Of a DNA stretch of 16,753 bases, positions 1 through 8,759 are shown piece by piece. The stretch lies in contig PMWA01000086.1 in NCBI GenBank assembly GCA_003166335.1, positions 1 to 16,753 of the forward strand. The letters run 5' to 3'. The notes under the pieces were generated by a model that made no database searches, was not told the origin of the DNA, and saw only the letters and a program-made list of their open reading frames with translations. Both the position numbers and the translations under genes were made by a program. How positions within the stretch are numbered: the stretch's first letter is position 1; every line of letters starts with the position of its first letter. The DNA comes from Methanobacterium sp. Lineage in GTDB: Archaea > Methanobacteriota > Methanobacteria > Methanobacteriales > Methanobacteriaceae.

Positions 1-186
1 TGTACCAACCGGAATATTACAGCCAACAACTCATTAAAAAAAAATAATTAAGATTTTAAATCTATTTTTTTTGGAGAGGGAATTTCACCTTCCATTTTAT
101 TTTAATCGGTTTTAACTAAATTTTTTTATTTAAAGATTCTTTCTAATTTTTTATTATTTCTCCTGAGACATATACGTGTTAACAAT

Positions 187-1779
187 TCAACTTTGAACTT
201 CGCAAACAATGAAATCATTATTTTCATAAACAACCTTCACGAAACCAGGAAGAATCTCATTAAGATTAGACTGAATATTACCACTATAATAAAACAGTGT
301 ATAATCATCAGTTTCATATTCAACTTTATTAAAAGTTCCATTATTTGACAGGAATGATAATCTTTTATCCAATACAATGTACCCAATTTCATGCTGCGTA
401 AAATATGATTTAGAAGTGGTATTATTTAAAGGTGTGAAATAATACCACGCGGATAGAGGCATTCCTGTTTCGGCTGTTACAAAAATCATACCATAAAAAT
501 TGTTTGACACTATAGATTTACTCTTATCACCATGATCATTGAACCACTGAGCAAGATCCACCATCGAAGGAGTAGGTGGCGAAATTTGAAATGAACCATA
601 TTGATTATTAATTCCATTATAAGCTATTAAAGGATTTTCCATAGTTAAAAACCCGAAAAATGTAGCCAATACAAATATTGATATTAGAAATGCATTTCTA
701 AACATTTTGGACGAAAAATTTTTATAATTCTTGAGTTTATAATAAACCTGGGTTAAACCGAACCCACCCAAAATTGAAACAGGTATTAAAAGATAAACCA
801 ACAAACGAGGGGATAAAACGTTTAGACTTGCATCAAACAGATGAATATTAATTGCCAATACAATCACGATAACCCAGGTAAGTAAAAATATATCCTTTTT
901 CTGCCTTCTTATAACTGCAGCAATAGCTCCAATCAAACCGAATATCAATGTCAAAACACCAAGATTTTCATAACTCAATAATTCTATTGGTTGATTAATC
1001 ACAGTAACGGAAAAAGTAGTTACTTCTTGAATTCCCGCATGTATAATATTCATAAAACTATTGGGGAACAAAATAAGTATCCCTACAATACCAATTACTA
1101 CCAATAGTATGGGTAAAATAAGGAAGGCACCATAATTTTTAAAAACATTAATATTGCGATATAAAATCAATTCAACTATTGTAAAAGCGGTTATTACCAC
1201 AAATAAAACAACAGGAGCAAGTTGATGAATTAACAATATAAGTATAAATAAAGATCCGGCTAAAGTAGCGTATTTGAGCGATTTCTCTTTTAAAGAATAA
1301 TAATAAAAATAAACCGCTAAAGGAAGAAAAATTAAAGCTAAATTTTCTGGCAGCGGAAAAATAAGACGATTACCTAACAATAAACTGGCTATTATTAAAA
1401 AACCAGCTGATATACCCGCAATGGTTCCGTAAAACTTACGACCCACATAAGAAACAGACAAAACCACGAACATGACTAAGAATGGCTGAAAAACCCGAGC
1501 AATCTGGAAAAAATTAGCTTTACTTAAGATACCCAACGAAGCAAGTAAAAAGTGAAATAGTGGAGGATAATTAATGCTATAACCTGATTGACTATGCAAT
1601 AATGGATTTGTTAATACAAATCCATACTTTGCATAAACATGGGCAATTAATACATGGTTTATAATGTCCCAGCTTAAAGGCCACTGATACGTCAAAGTTG
1701 GAATTAAAGCTAAACAGAAAGCTATTATAGCAGGTATAATCCAAAATAAACTTCTAAATCGATTCCTATTAATATTCAT
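187..1779 (-). CDS. Polytopic membrane protein, GT-C-fold glycosyltransferase-like (GT39/PMT-like)
   Basis: 530 aa with many hydrophobic helices. First external loop has PLSWDIINH (DxxxH-type) and YPPLFH; also an RLLVYL motif and a soluble C-terminal domain. This is the usual GT-C architecture; substrate unknown. Confidence 0.6.
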   Translation of the reverse strand: MNINRNRFRSLFWIIPAIIAFCLALIPTLTYQWPLSWDIINHVLIAHVYAKYGFVLTNPLLHSQSGYSINYPPLFHFLLASLGILSKANFFQIARVFQPFLVMFVVLSVSYVGRKFYGTIAGISAGFLIIASLLLGNRLIFPLPENLALIFLPLAVYFYYYSLKEKSLKYATLAGSLFILILLIHQLAPVVLFVVITAFTIVELILYRNINVFKNYGAFLILPILLVVIGIVGILILFPNSFMNIIHAGIQEVTTFSVTVINQPIELLSYENLGVLTLIFGLIGAIAAVIRRQKKDIFLLTWVIVIVLAINIHLFDASLNVLSPRLLVYLLIPVSILGGFGLTQVYYKLKNYKNFSSKMFRNAFLISIFVLATFFGFLTMENPLIAYNGINNQYGSFQISPPTPSMVDLAQWFNDHGDKSKSIVSNNFYGMIFVTAETGMPLSAWYYFTPLNNTTSKSYFTQHEIGYIVLDKRLSFLSNNGTFNKVEYETDDYTLFYYSGNIQSNLNEILPGFVKVVYENNDFIVCEVQS

Positions 1780-1864
1780 TCAATCACTATTATTGGAGTT
1801 CGTTGAAAAATTTTAAATTCATGATAATATAAAACTCTTGCCAATGTTTAATAATTAATAGTAT

Positions 1865-2288
1865 AGGGTTGTAGATTTTTAGAAGTTTATCTAGCGTTTT
1901 CTGTGTTGTTTTTGTTTGTTGATAGTTTTTTGGTGCTTTGTTTGGTAAAAGTGCATTTTATAAATGGTATATTTTGATTTTAATCAATTTTTAAACCGTA
2001 AAATTTATTAGGGAGGAAGTAAATACTTTATCAAGGTGTTTAAATGAAATCTTCATTGATTTGTGACAAAAAAGACTCCAATGGATATTGTTGAGCAAGA
2101 TACTTAAATTTTTCGATTCTAAACTTGTAAAGCAGGAATAGCCAAACAAAGCATAAAACCCTCTGCGAAAGCAGGTATGATGTTTAGGTATAGATGTGTC
2201 ATTATTTTTCTCTTCAGACGTCTCTTATGTTATCAATGAATTAAAAAGGAGATAAAAGCTCCGTGAATTCTATTTTCTTGAGTCAGTT
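1865..2288 (+). mobile_element. Truncated IS remnant: candidate left end plus a decayed DDE transposase N-terminus (IS4/IS5-like)
   Basis: RBS AAGGTG precedes ATG at 2044. Manual translation across frameshifts gives MKSSLICDKKDS/WILLSKILKFFDSKLVKQE/AKQSIKPSAKAGMMFR/..SLFFSSDVSYVINELKRR*KLREFYFLESV, resembling N-termini of methanogen transposases as I recall them. Candidate end AGGGTTGTAGATTTTTAG at 1865 is followed by a G/T-skewed tract. No DDE core or matching right end was found. Confidence 0.6.
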
Positions 2289-2638
2289 ATCATCAGCAAT
2301 TAAAACCCTCTAAATCTCCAAAATTACTCGCTTGCGTTTTCTTTTTTCTAAATTTTCTAAGTAGAACATTTATGTACTTAATACAAAGGTGAATCCAACA
2401 TAAAGCAAGGAAGCTGAAGAAAAATAGAGCTTAACGTTAACATCTTTTCGAAAATTTTTATTAATAGCTACAAGTGTTTAAAAATTAGAGGCTATATAGA
2501 TCCGTGCTTCCTTATTAAATCATTATAACTGCTTATTTAATCCTTAATCTCTTCCTATTCGACCATACCATCAACTAATTCATTTACCTGGAAAAACAAA
2601 GTAAATTATGAAAGATTTAATTTATTATTTTTTTTAGT

Positions 2639-3264
2639 CTAATTTGATGCGGTTACTATGAAAGCGGTTCTCCCAACCTTTTCCCATTCAATAGTGTTAA
2701 AACCTGTATTCTCTAGTAATTTACGAATATTATATTCAGAATACATTTTAACATCACCTTCATGAGTATGTGGCATGATTAAGTTAAAGATTTGTCTTAT
2801 AGGTGTGGGTGCGTATGGATCGGCAATTATGATTCTTCCTTTTGGATGAAGTACTCTTCTAAATTCTGTTAAAGCATTTTTTGGATGAGGATAGTGGTGA
2901 AATGAATCCGTGCATATAACGACGTCAAAACTTTCATCATCAAAAGGTAAATATTCAGAGTCTCCTAATCTTAAATCAGTCTTCTCTCCCAGTTTTTTCC
3001 GGGCAATCTCCAGCATATCCGGTGAAAGATCTACACCTGCAATTTGAAAACATCATATTTTGAGAAAATGAGTGCTAAAAGATTTCCAGTTCCGCAACCT
3101 ACATCTAAGAGCTTATTAAATGAAAACTGATCTAATTTAATGAGTACCGTATCATACAATCCTCGAGCATGTTTACTATAATTGGTGGAATCATATTTTT
3201 TAGCTTGCTTATTGAATTTATCCTTGGTTTCTTCTTTGTAATCAATACTTTTCTTATTTGGCAT
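2639..3264 (-). pseudogene. Class I SAM-dependent methyltransferase (UbiE/Methyltransf_11-like), frameshifted
   Basis: ORF 3031-3264 carries motif I (LLDVGCGTG). After a shift in the T4 run (A4 at 3047-3050 on +) the frame continues QIAGVDLSPDMLEIARKK..GDSEYLPFDDESFDVV..SFHHYP..EFRRVLHPKG (ORF 2639-3016). Joined product is about 208 aa. Confidence 0.85.
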
Positions 3265-3443
3265 TTATATTACCCATTAAATTTAGCTTTAAGACTTAAT
3301 AAATTATAATTATTCAATTAACTATTAGTTAAATTTGTATAAATATTAATAAAAAATTGAAGGATTTTAATTATCAAGAACTAATAAATAAAAACTGAAA
3401 TAATATTTTATATTAGATAAGTAATAAGTAAGATATAAATTAA

Positions 3444-4172
3444 GTGACCATATATTTCGGTAGTGATGACTGTAACTTCTATGCTCTTAATTCTAATGGA
3501 ACATTGAAATGGATGTACACCACTGATTATGCTATAGATTCATCTCCAGCTATTGGATCTAATGGAACACTTTACTTCGGTTGTTATGATGATAAGTTAT
3601 ATGCTATTCAGGATCCTCTTAAAGTAAATCAATCTCGTCAGGGAGGATATTATAATAATACTCAAAATATTATATTGTCTATCAATAGAACAGAAACGAT
3701 TTATTACACTACAAATGGTACTACACCGACCATTAACTATGCTAAATATATTGCACCAATCATTATTACTACAACTACGACCCTAAAATATTTAGCAGTT
3801 GATTCATTAGGTAATAAATCACCGGTTTACACGCAGACTTATATTATTGACAAGATTCCACCTAAAGTATCTTCAACCTCACCCACAAATAACGTCACAG
3901 GAGTTTCCTTAACTTCATCGGTAACCATTAAATTTAGTAAAAACATTATTGCAGGATACGATTACTCAGGTATTTACATTAAGAATCTGTCCACGGGTAA
4001 TATTGTTCTGCTAGCTTCTAAAATCATTAATGGTAATACTTTAACCATCAAAACAAGTTATAATCATCTGAGTAATGACAAGTATCAGGTTTATATACCA
4101 GCAGGAGCAGTTAAAGATGAAGCAGGCAATAATTTAACAGTAGCATATACGTTTAAATTTAAAACTGTATAA
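3444..4172 (+). pseudogene. 5'-truncated surface protein: last PQQ/BamB-like beta-propeller blades, Fn3-associated (chitobiase C-terminal-like) domain, Ig-like (Big_5-like) domain
   Basis: Blades TIYFGSDD..FYALNSNGTLKW and SSPAIGSNGTLYFG; IYYTTNGTTPT..TTTLKYLAVD; DKIPPKV..P..VTIKFS..IPAGAVKD.AGN..F.F.T. The ORF starts mid-blade at a GTG directly after an in-frame TAA, with no signal peptide or RBS. Confidence 0.7.
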
Positions 4173-4338
4173 ACAAAAAAAAACACCAATCTTCATTTTT
4201 TTTATTTTATGGAATTTAATGTTCATATCTAGAGTAAAATGTTTAATTAAATAGAAATATAATAATGTATATACGACTTTTTTAGGTGAATTAATATAAG
4301 AGGATTATTTTAACAGACGTTTTAGGGATAAAAATACA

Positions 4339-4560
4339 ATGAAAAACAATTATATCCTAAAAATTAAAGGTAAACATAAATTGGATGCAAAAGATATTTT
4401 ATTGACTATTATAGTATTTTCTTATTTTATAATATTATTTATTCTTGCTATTTCACTTGCAATTTCTACAATATTTGGATTGACAGGTATTTTTGTTTTA
4501 ATTATCCTATTTTTAGTAATAATTGGAGTAATAGATTATTTAATATATAAAAAGATGTAA
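4339..4560 (+). CDS. Small hypothetical membrane protein (2 TM helices)
   Basis: 73 aa; basic N-terminus followed by two hydrophobic segments; AGGGA upstream of the ATG. Confidence 0.55.
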   Translation: MKNNYILKIKGKHKLDAKDILLTIIVFSYFIILFILAISLAISTIFGLTGIFVLIILFLVIIGVIDYLIYKKM

Positions 4561-4649
4561 ACCCAAGGTCTTATACTTAATGATGTCATTTACATTTTTT
4601 GGGTTGATTAGGAAATTTTTAATAATAATAAAATATATAATTAATATTC

Positions 4650-4806
4650 ATGAAAAATATGATGGATTGCCCGGATTATGATCATAAAATTAGTACCTCA
4701 AAACAATCATGCCCTAACTTCATTCTAAGTTTTTATTATATGAGGATTTATTGGGGTTGTTTTGGTTATCATAATTTTGCTAGCCAGATTATCCAATAAA
4801 AAATAA
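4650..4806 (+). pseudogene. Decayed zinc-ribbon plus TM-helix protein
   Basis: ATG at 4650 gives MKNMMDCPDYDHKISTSKQSCPNF, i.e. CPxC..IS....CPNC with the second Cys of each pair replaced (codons TAT, TTC). Another frame gives GFIGVVLVIIILLARLSNKK* ending at 4806. Confidence 0.5.
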
Positions 4807-4877
4807 CAGAATTATTTTACAAAATAGAATGAGTATCTATTTTTTTTCTCCTAATCTTGATATTAAAAAAAAATGAA

Positions 4878-5540
4878 TTAAATCTTAGTTAAGGCTATTT
4901 TAGCAGCGTTTTGTTCAGCTTCTTTTTTACTTCCACCGGTACCCATTCCATAATTTTTACCTTTAATTAGGACAGCCATGGTGAATGTTTTATCGTGTGG
5001 TACTCCTTCTTCTTTTATTAACTTATAAATTATATCACGATAGTCCTGATCACATAATAGTTTTAATTCTGATTTATAATCATAAAAAAAGATGTCTTTA
5101 TTATTTATATGTGGTATGACTGTTTTAGCGACAAATTCTTTGACACTTTCCAGGCCTAAATCCAGATATAAAGCCCCAATAAAAGATTCAAATACATCGC
5201 TAATAACTGAATCAACTTCTCGTCTGATTAATTCTGGATTAGAACCTAATTTTATATATTGATCTAATCCTAATTCCATCGAATAAGTGTAAAGTGCTTT
5301 TTTACATACATAATTAGAACGTATACGGGTTAATTGGCCTTCAGTTAAATTGGAATCCATGTTATATAAAAATTCAGATACTACCAGATCTAAGACGGCG
5401 TCACCTAAAAATTCTAATCTTTGATAACATTCACAGATGTCATTCTCATTGGAGTAAGACTCATGAAAAAAAGCCACCTCATAAAGATGAGTATTAATTG
5501 GTTTAATGGAAAACTTATTTAGCAGTTGCTTGGTTACCAT
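4878..5540 (-). CDS. rnc: Ribonuclease III (RNase III domain plus dsRBD)
   Basis: [15 protein letters not shown] signature, [21 protein letters not shown]-terminal ds[30 protein letters not shown]. Confidence 0.95.
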   Translation of the reverse strand: MVTKQLLNKFSIKPINTHLYEVAFFHESYSNENDICECYQRLEFLGDAVLDLVVSEFLYNMDSNLTEGQLTRIRSNYVCKKALYTYSMELGLDQYIKLGSNPELIRREVDSVISDVFESFIGALYLDLGLESVKEFVAKTVIPHINNKDIFFYDYKSELKLLCDQDYRDIIYKLIKEEGVPHDKTFTMAVLIKGKNYGMGTGGSKKEAEQNAAKIALTKI

Positions 5541-6043
5541 TTTTCGTATCGTACTATTTCATCTATTTTTTTCCTTTGTTTTGGTCTTTCTTTATCATTG
5601 GGATAACCTAATGGAGTAAATATCAGTGGTAGTACGTTTTCTGGAATATTTAATACTTCTCGTGCTGCTTTGAGGTCAAATCTTCCTATCCAACAGGTTC
5701 CTAATCCTAGGTTGGTGGCTGCGAGAATCAGATGGTCCATGGCTATAGTAGTGTCTACTTCAGTGTAATTTTTACCGTCGTTACGTATCCATCCCTCTTC
5801 AGGTAATGCACAGGCACATATGAGAACGGGAGCTTTCACAAAAAATTCTGCAGGGTAAATACGCTTCAAATTTTCTTCTTTACCATTAGTTTTTATAACT
5901 ATTAATTGGAAAGGCTGTTTATTATGTGCTGTAGGAGCTAAACGCGCAGCTTCAAGTATTAATTCTAGCTTTTTATCTTCTACTGGTTCAGATTTATATT
6001 TACGTACACTATATCGTTTTTGGATCAGATCATTAAATTCCAT
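5534..6043 (-). CDS. Nitroreductase family flavoprotein
   Basis: [37 protein letters not shown]. Start moved to ATG 6043 because the track's GTG at 6055 lies inside the RBS GAGGTGA. The stop overlaps the rnc start by 7 nt. Confidence 0.92.
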   Translation of the reverse strand: MEFNDLIQKRYSVRKYKSEPVEDKKLELILEAARLAPTAHNKQPFQLIVIKTNGKEENLKRIYPAEFFVKAPVLICACALPEEGWIRNDGKNYTEVDTTIAMDHLILAATNLGLGTCWIGRFDLKAAREVLNIPENVLPLIFTPLGYPNDKERPKQRKKIDEIVRYEKW

Positions 6044-6166
6044 AAATTTTTTCACCTCAAAAAAACCCTAAATCCTTTATCAATCAATTATAATAATACT
6101 TAAATAGTAAATAAATTTATCTGAAACATTTTTTAAATTAACCTAAATTTTGGAAGAGATGAAATA

Positions 6167-7009
6167 ATGAAAATATTTTATCATAATGATGAGGATGGGA
6201 AATGTGCTGCTCATGTAATTGCAAAAAAATTCCATCACACTCGTCAGATGAATAATGAAGATTATATAGAAATTAATTATGGCATGGAATTTCCCTTAAA
6301 TATCATCGAAAAGGATGAGGAAGTATTTATTGTAGATTATTCTATTGAACTTGATGTGATGGATCGATTATTGAATATAACTTCCAATGTTTTTTGGATT
6401 GATCATCATATTACTGCTATTGAAAAATATATGAATTATTCTCATAAGTTACGTGGATTAAGGAAAGTTGAGTATTCTGGATGTGTTTTAACTTATCTAT
6501 ATTTATATAATGTTTCTTTTGACCAAGTTCCTATGCCTATAAGATATATTGGTGATAGGGATACTTGGCAGTGGAGATATGGGCAAGAAACAAAGCTTTT
6601 TTGCAGCGGAGCTGAACTTTATGATTTACACCCGCTAAGTCCTGATTGGAAAATTCTTTTTAACAATCCGGATACTGTTAAAAAAGAAGGTGTAATAATT
6701 GAACAGTATAAAACACAAAGAAATAAAGATTATGTGAAATCGTTTGCATATTACACTGTTTTTGAAGATCATGAAGCTGTGGTTGTTAATATTGGACATG
6801 TAGGATCTGAAATATTCGATAGCATAAAAAAGAAACCATTATTAATAATGTACGTCCATGATGGTAAAGAATATAAGGTAAGTTTGCGTTCGGAAACTAT
6901 AGATGTATCTAAAATAGCATTGAAATACGGTGGGGGAGGCCATTCCGGTGCATCTGGTTTCGAATGTCAGGAATTACCATGGAATTTAAATAGATTAATT
7001 TTATACTAA
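6167..7009 (+). CDS. DHH/DHHA1 family phosphoesterase (nanoRNase/oligoribonuclease-like)
   Basis: YHNDEDG (DxD), FIVD, WIDHH, GDRD, VSLRS and YGGGGHSGASG motifs are all present. Confidence 0.9.
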   Translation: MKIFYHNDEDGKCAAHVIAKKFHHTRQMNNEDYIEINYGMEFPLNIIEKDEEVFIVDYSIELDVMDRLLNITSNVFWIDHHITAIEKYMNYSHKLRGLRKVEYSGCVLTYLYLYNVSFDQVPMPIRYIGDRDTWQWRYGQETKLFCSGAELYDLHPLSPDWKILFNNPDTVKKEGVIIEQYKTQRNKDYVKSFAYYTVFEDHEAVVVNIGHVGSEIFDSIKKKPLLIMYVHDGKEYKVSLRSETIDVSKIALKYGGGGHSGASGFECQELPWNLNRLILY

Positions 7010-7091
7010 AATATAATTTTTTTTAACTATTATGTATACGTTCAAGTAAAAAAAATATTTACTTTAAGTTAACTCATAGTTAATTATAATA

Positions 7092-7296
7092 CCTTATGCT
7101 TTAACATGTCTTCAAAAACTTGTGGATACTTCACAAATCATATTCGGAAGTAAGTATGTTTGGACTACAAAATCTGCGTGCCAGTAACTATTAAAAGTAT
7201 AAGGGAATATGAAGGCTTAAAGCATATAATATAGTTAGAATCATGAAAGATAATGCTATAAAGTTATTTCCAAGGCTAAAAATAATAATAATTTAA
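7092..7296 (+). pseudogene. C-terminal fragment of an amidohydrolase-family (Amidohydro_2) protein
   Basis: Manual translation: PYALTCLQKLVDTSQIIFGSKY../PVTIKSIREYEGL../IMKDNAIKLFPRLK. This matches the family's terminal ILFGSDYP...NA.KLFPRL pattern, with D->K, frameshifts and no N-terminal part. Confidence 0.6.
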
Positions 7297-7471
7297 ATGT
7301 TGAATTCTTAAATAAAAAAAAATTATTTAACTATTTATAACTTTTTTTAATTAATAAACAAATTTGAATGAAACTATCTAAAGCTTACAAATGGTACTAA
7401 ACACCGTTAAAAGTATATCTGTTTTATTGATTATTTTAAATTTATTAGTATATTTTAATGTATAGGATATT

Positions 7472-7762
7472 TTATTTTGGTTTCCATTTAAGAATCTGTT
7501 TGGGAATGTCACTGTATTTATCAGATGAGTCCTTAATAATATTTTGAAGTGTAGCAGTACAAGTTCGAAGAAGTTCAATTGAATTACTATCATTTTCCAT
7601 CCGTTTAATAGATTCTATCAGTAAGGAGTTAGCTTGATCTGTCTCTTCAGGAGTTGATAACTTACCGTTATTAGAATTACTTGTAATTACATCGTTAAAT
7701 GTCACACATTCCAGGTGGAGTCCTTCAATACTCATTTTCTTAAGTTTTTTTTCATAAGTCAA
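7472..7762 (-). CDS. Hypothetical protein (96 aa)
   Basis: Strong RBS AGGGGTGA 6 nt before a TTG start; protein-like composition; no family recognised. Confidence 0.65.
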   Translation of the reverse strand: MTYEKKLKKMSIEGLHLECVTFNDVITSNSNNGKLSTPEETDQANSLLIESIKRMENDSNSIELLRTCTATLQNIIKDSSDKYSDIPKQILKWKPK

Positions 7763-7839
7763 ATAAATTCACCCCTTTGTTATGATACTATTATTAATTC
7801 TCAGCTATTTACATTTTATGACGTCTTTATGGAAATACA

Positions 7840-8163
7840 CTATCCGGTATTTTCAGGAATTTCATTTTGATATAACTGAAAAAAATCTGCTTTAGCCATT
7901 TCAATATCCTTGGGAATTCCCGCATAAAGGAAATTCAAATATTTATGCAACCTAGTCCATTCTTCTTGATCAATAGAATATTGTTCAGAGAACCCAATTA
8001 TTATATTAAGAGCAACTTCAACCTTTTTAATTAGATCTGAATCAAGTTCACCGTTAGAATCATGATGATCAAAGCAATCCTTTAAAAAAACTTTAAGTTC
8101 TTTTTTATAATCAACCCAACTTTCATTGTCATATTTTCCACTAAAAACCATTTGAAAATCCAT
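7840..8163 (-). CDS. Hypothetical acidic helical protein (107 aa)
   Basis: Open frame with amphipathic, protein-like composition; co-oriented with 7472-7762 (77-bp gap); no clear RBS; no family recognised. Confidence 0.6.
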   Translation of the reverse strand: MDFQMVFSGKYDNESWVDYKKELKVFLKDCFDHHDSNGELDSDLIKKVEVALNIIIGFSEQYSIDQEEWTRLHKYLNFLYAGIPKDIEMAKADFFQLYQNEIPENTG

Positions 8164-8474
8164 CCAGTTATTTTTTATTGATAATTAATTCTATTAATTT
8201 TTATATTTACTTTTTTACTGTTTTCATGTAATAATAATTAAATTTAAATTTTTATATGGAATGTAGTGATAAAAAATTAGATTTTCCTCATTCTTAATAT
8301 AATATTTTTTATAATATTTTTTTTTAAAAACCCAAGTTATTTTCCTATTTATTCACAAAATTTTCAACGTCTAAAATAAAAATAGTTGAAATCAGAATTA
8401 TTGTTCAAATGTTTAATTATAATATATTTGAGATTGAAATGATGTTAATGGTCAAAAAATGCTCATAAAATTCG

Positions 8475-8516
8475 TTATATTTAAATAACATGGAGTATTT
8501 AATTACATTTCAGTGA
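8475..8516 (+). promoter_or_regulatory. Candidate TATA box and weak RBS of the histone gene
   Basis: TTTAAATA at 8480-8487 and AGTGA at 8512-8516, ahead of ATG 8522. The AT-rich background makes this weak evidence. Confidence 0.35.
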
Positions 8517-8521
8517 TTAAT

Positions 8522-8728
8522 ATGGGTGAATTCCCGATAGCTCCAATAGGAAGATTAATAAAAAACGAGGCGGAAATAGTCAGTGCAGGTACAGAAGAAG
8601 CTTTAGAAAAAGTTTTAGAACAATGGGCTGAAAAAGTCGCCAGACAAGCAGTTAAACTCGCGAAACACGCAGGAAGAGTAACAGTTAACGCGTCAGACAT
8701 TGAACTTGCCCTCAAAGAACTGGCTTAA
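8522..8728 (+). CDS. Archaeal histone, HMfA/HMfB family, atypical variant (68 aa)
   Basis: MGEFPIAPIGRLIKN..VS....AL.KVLE.....A..AVKLAKHAGR.TV.A.DIELA aligns over its full length with HMfA (MGELPIAPIGRIIKN...). ATG 8522 matches the family start better than GTG 8513. Confidence 0.95.
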   Translation: MGEFPIAPIGRLIKNEAEIVSAGTEEALEKVLEQWAEKVARQAVKLAKHAGRVTVNASDIELALKELA

Positions 8729-8731
8729 CAA

Positions 8732-8752
8732 AATTTTCTAACTTTTTTTTAA
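8732..8752 (+). terminator. Oligo-T archaeal terminator candidate after the histone gene
   Basis: T8 at 8743-8750 in the 31-bp gap between the convergent histone and HEPN genes. Confidence 0.45.
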
Positions 8753-8759
8753 TTCAATT

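Noticed and set aside
1..95. Possible 3' end of an upstream + strand gene and a GGAGAGGG/CCTTCC hairpin
   Set aside because: All three frames are open for the first ~35 nt, so the frame cannot be fixed; the hairpin is imperfect.
2284..2375. Minus-strand reading ..VILEI*RVLIADDN* resembling a receiver-domain start
   Set aside because: Only 8 residues between stops, with no further REC motifs.
2491..2597. Minus-strand reading FFQVNELVDGMVE*EEIKD*ISSYNDLIRKHGSI*
   Set aside because: Looks protein-like but has two internal stops and no recognisable family.
7378..7593. 71-aa minus-strand ORF
   Set aside because: Overlaps the better-supported 7472-7762 ORF in another frame; no RBS; AT-rich read-through.
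8503..8715. 70-aa ORF antisense to the histone gene
   Set aside because: Shadow of the histone coding strand.
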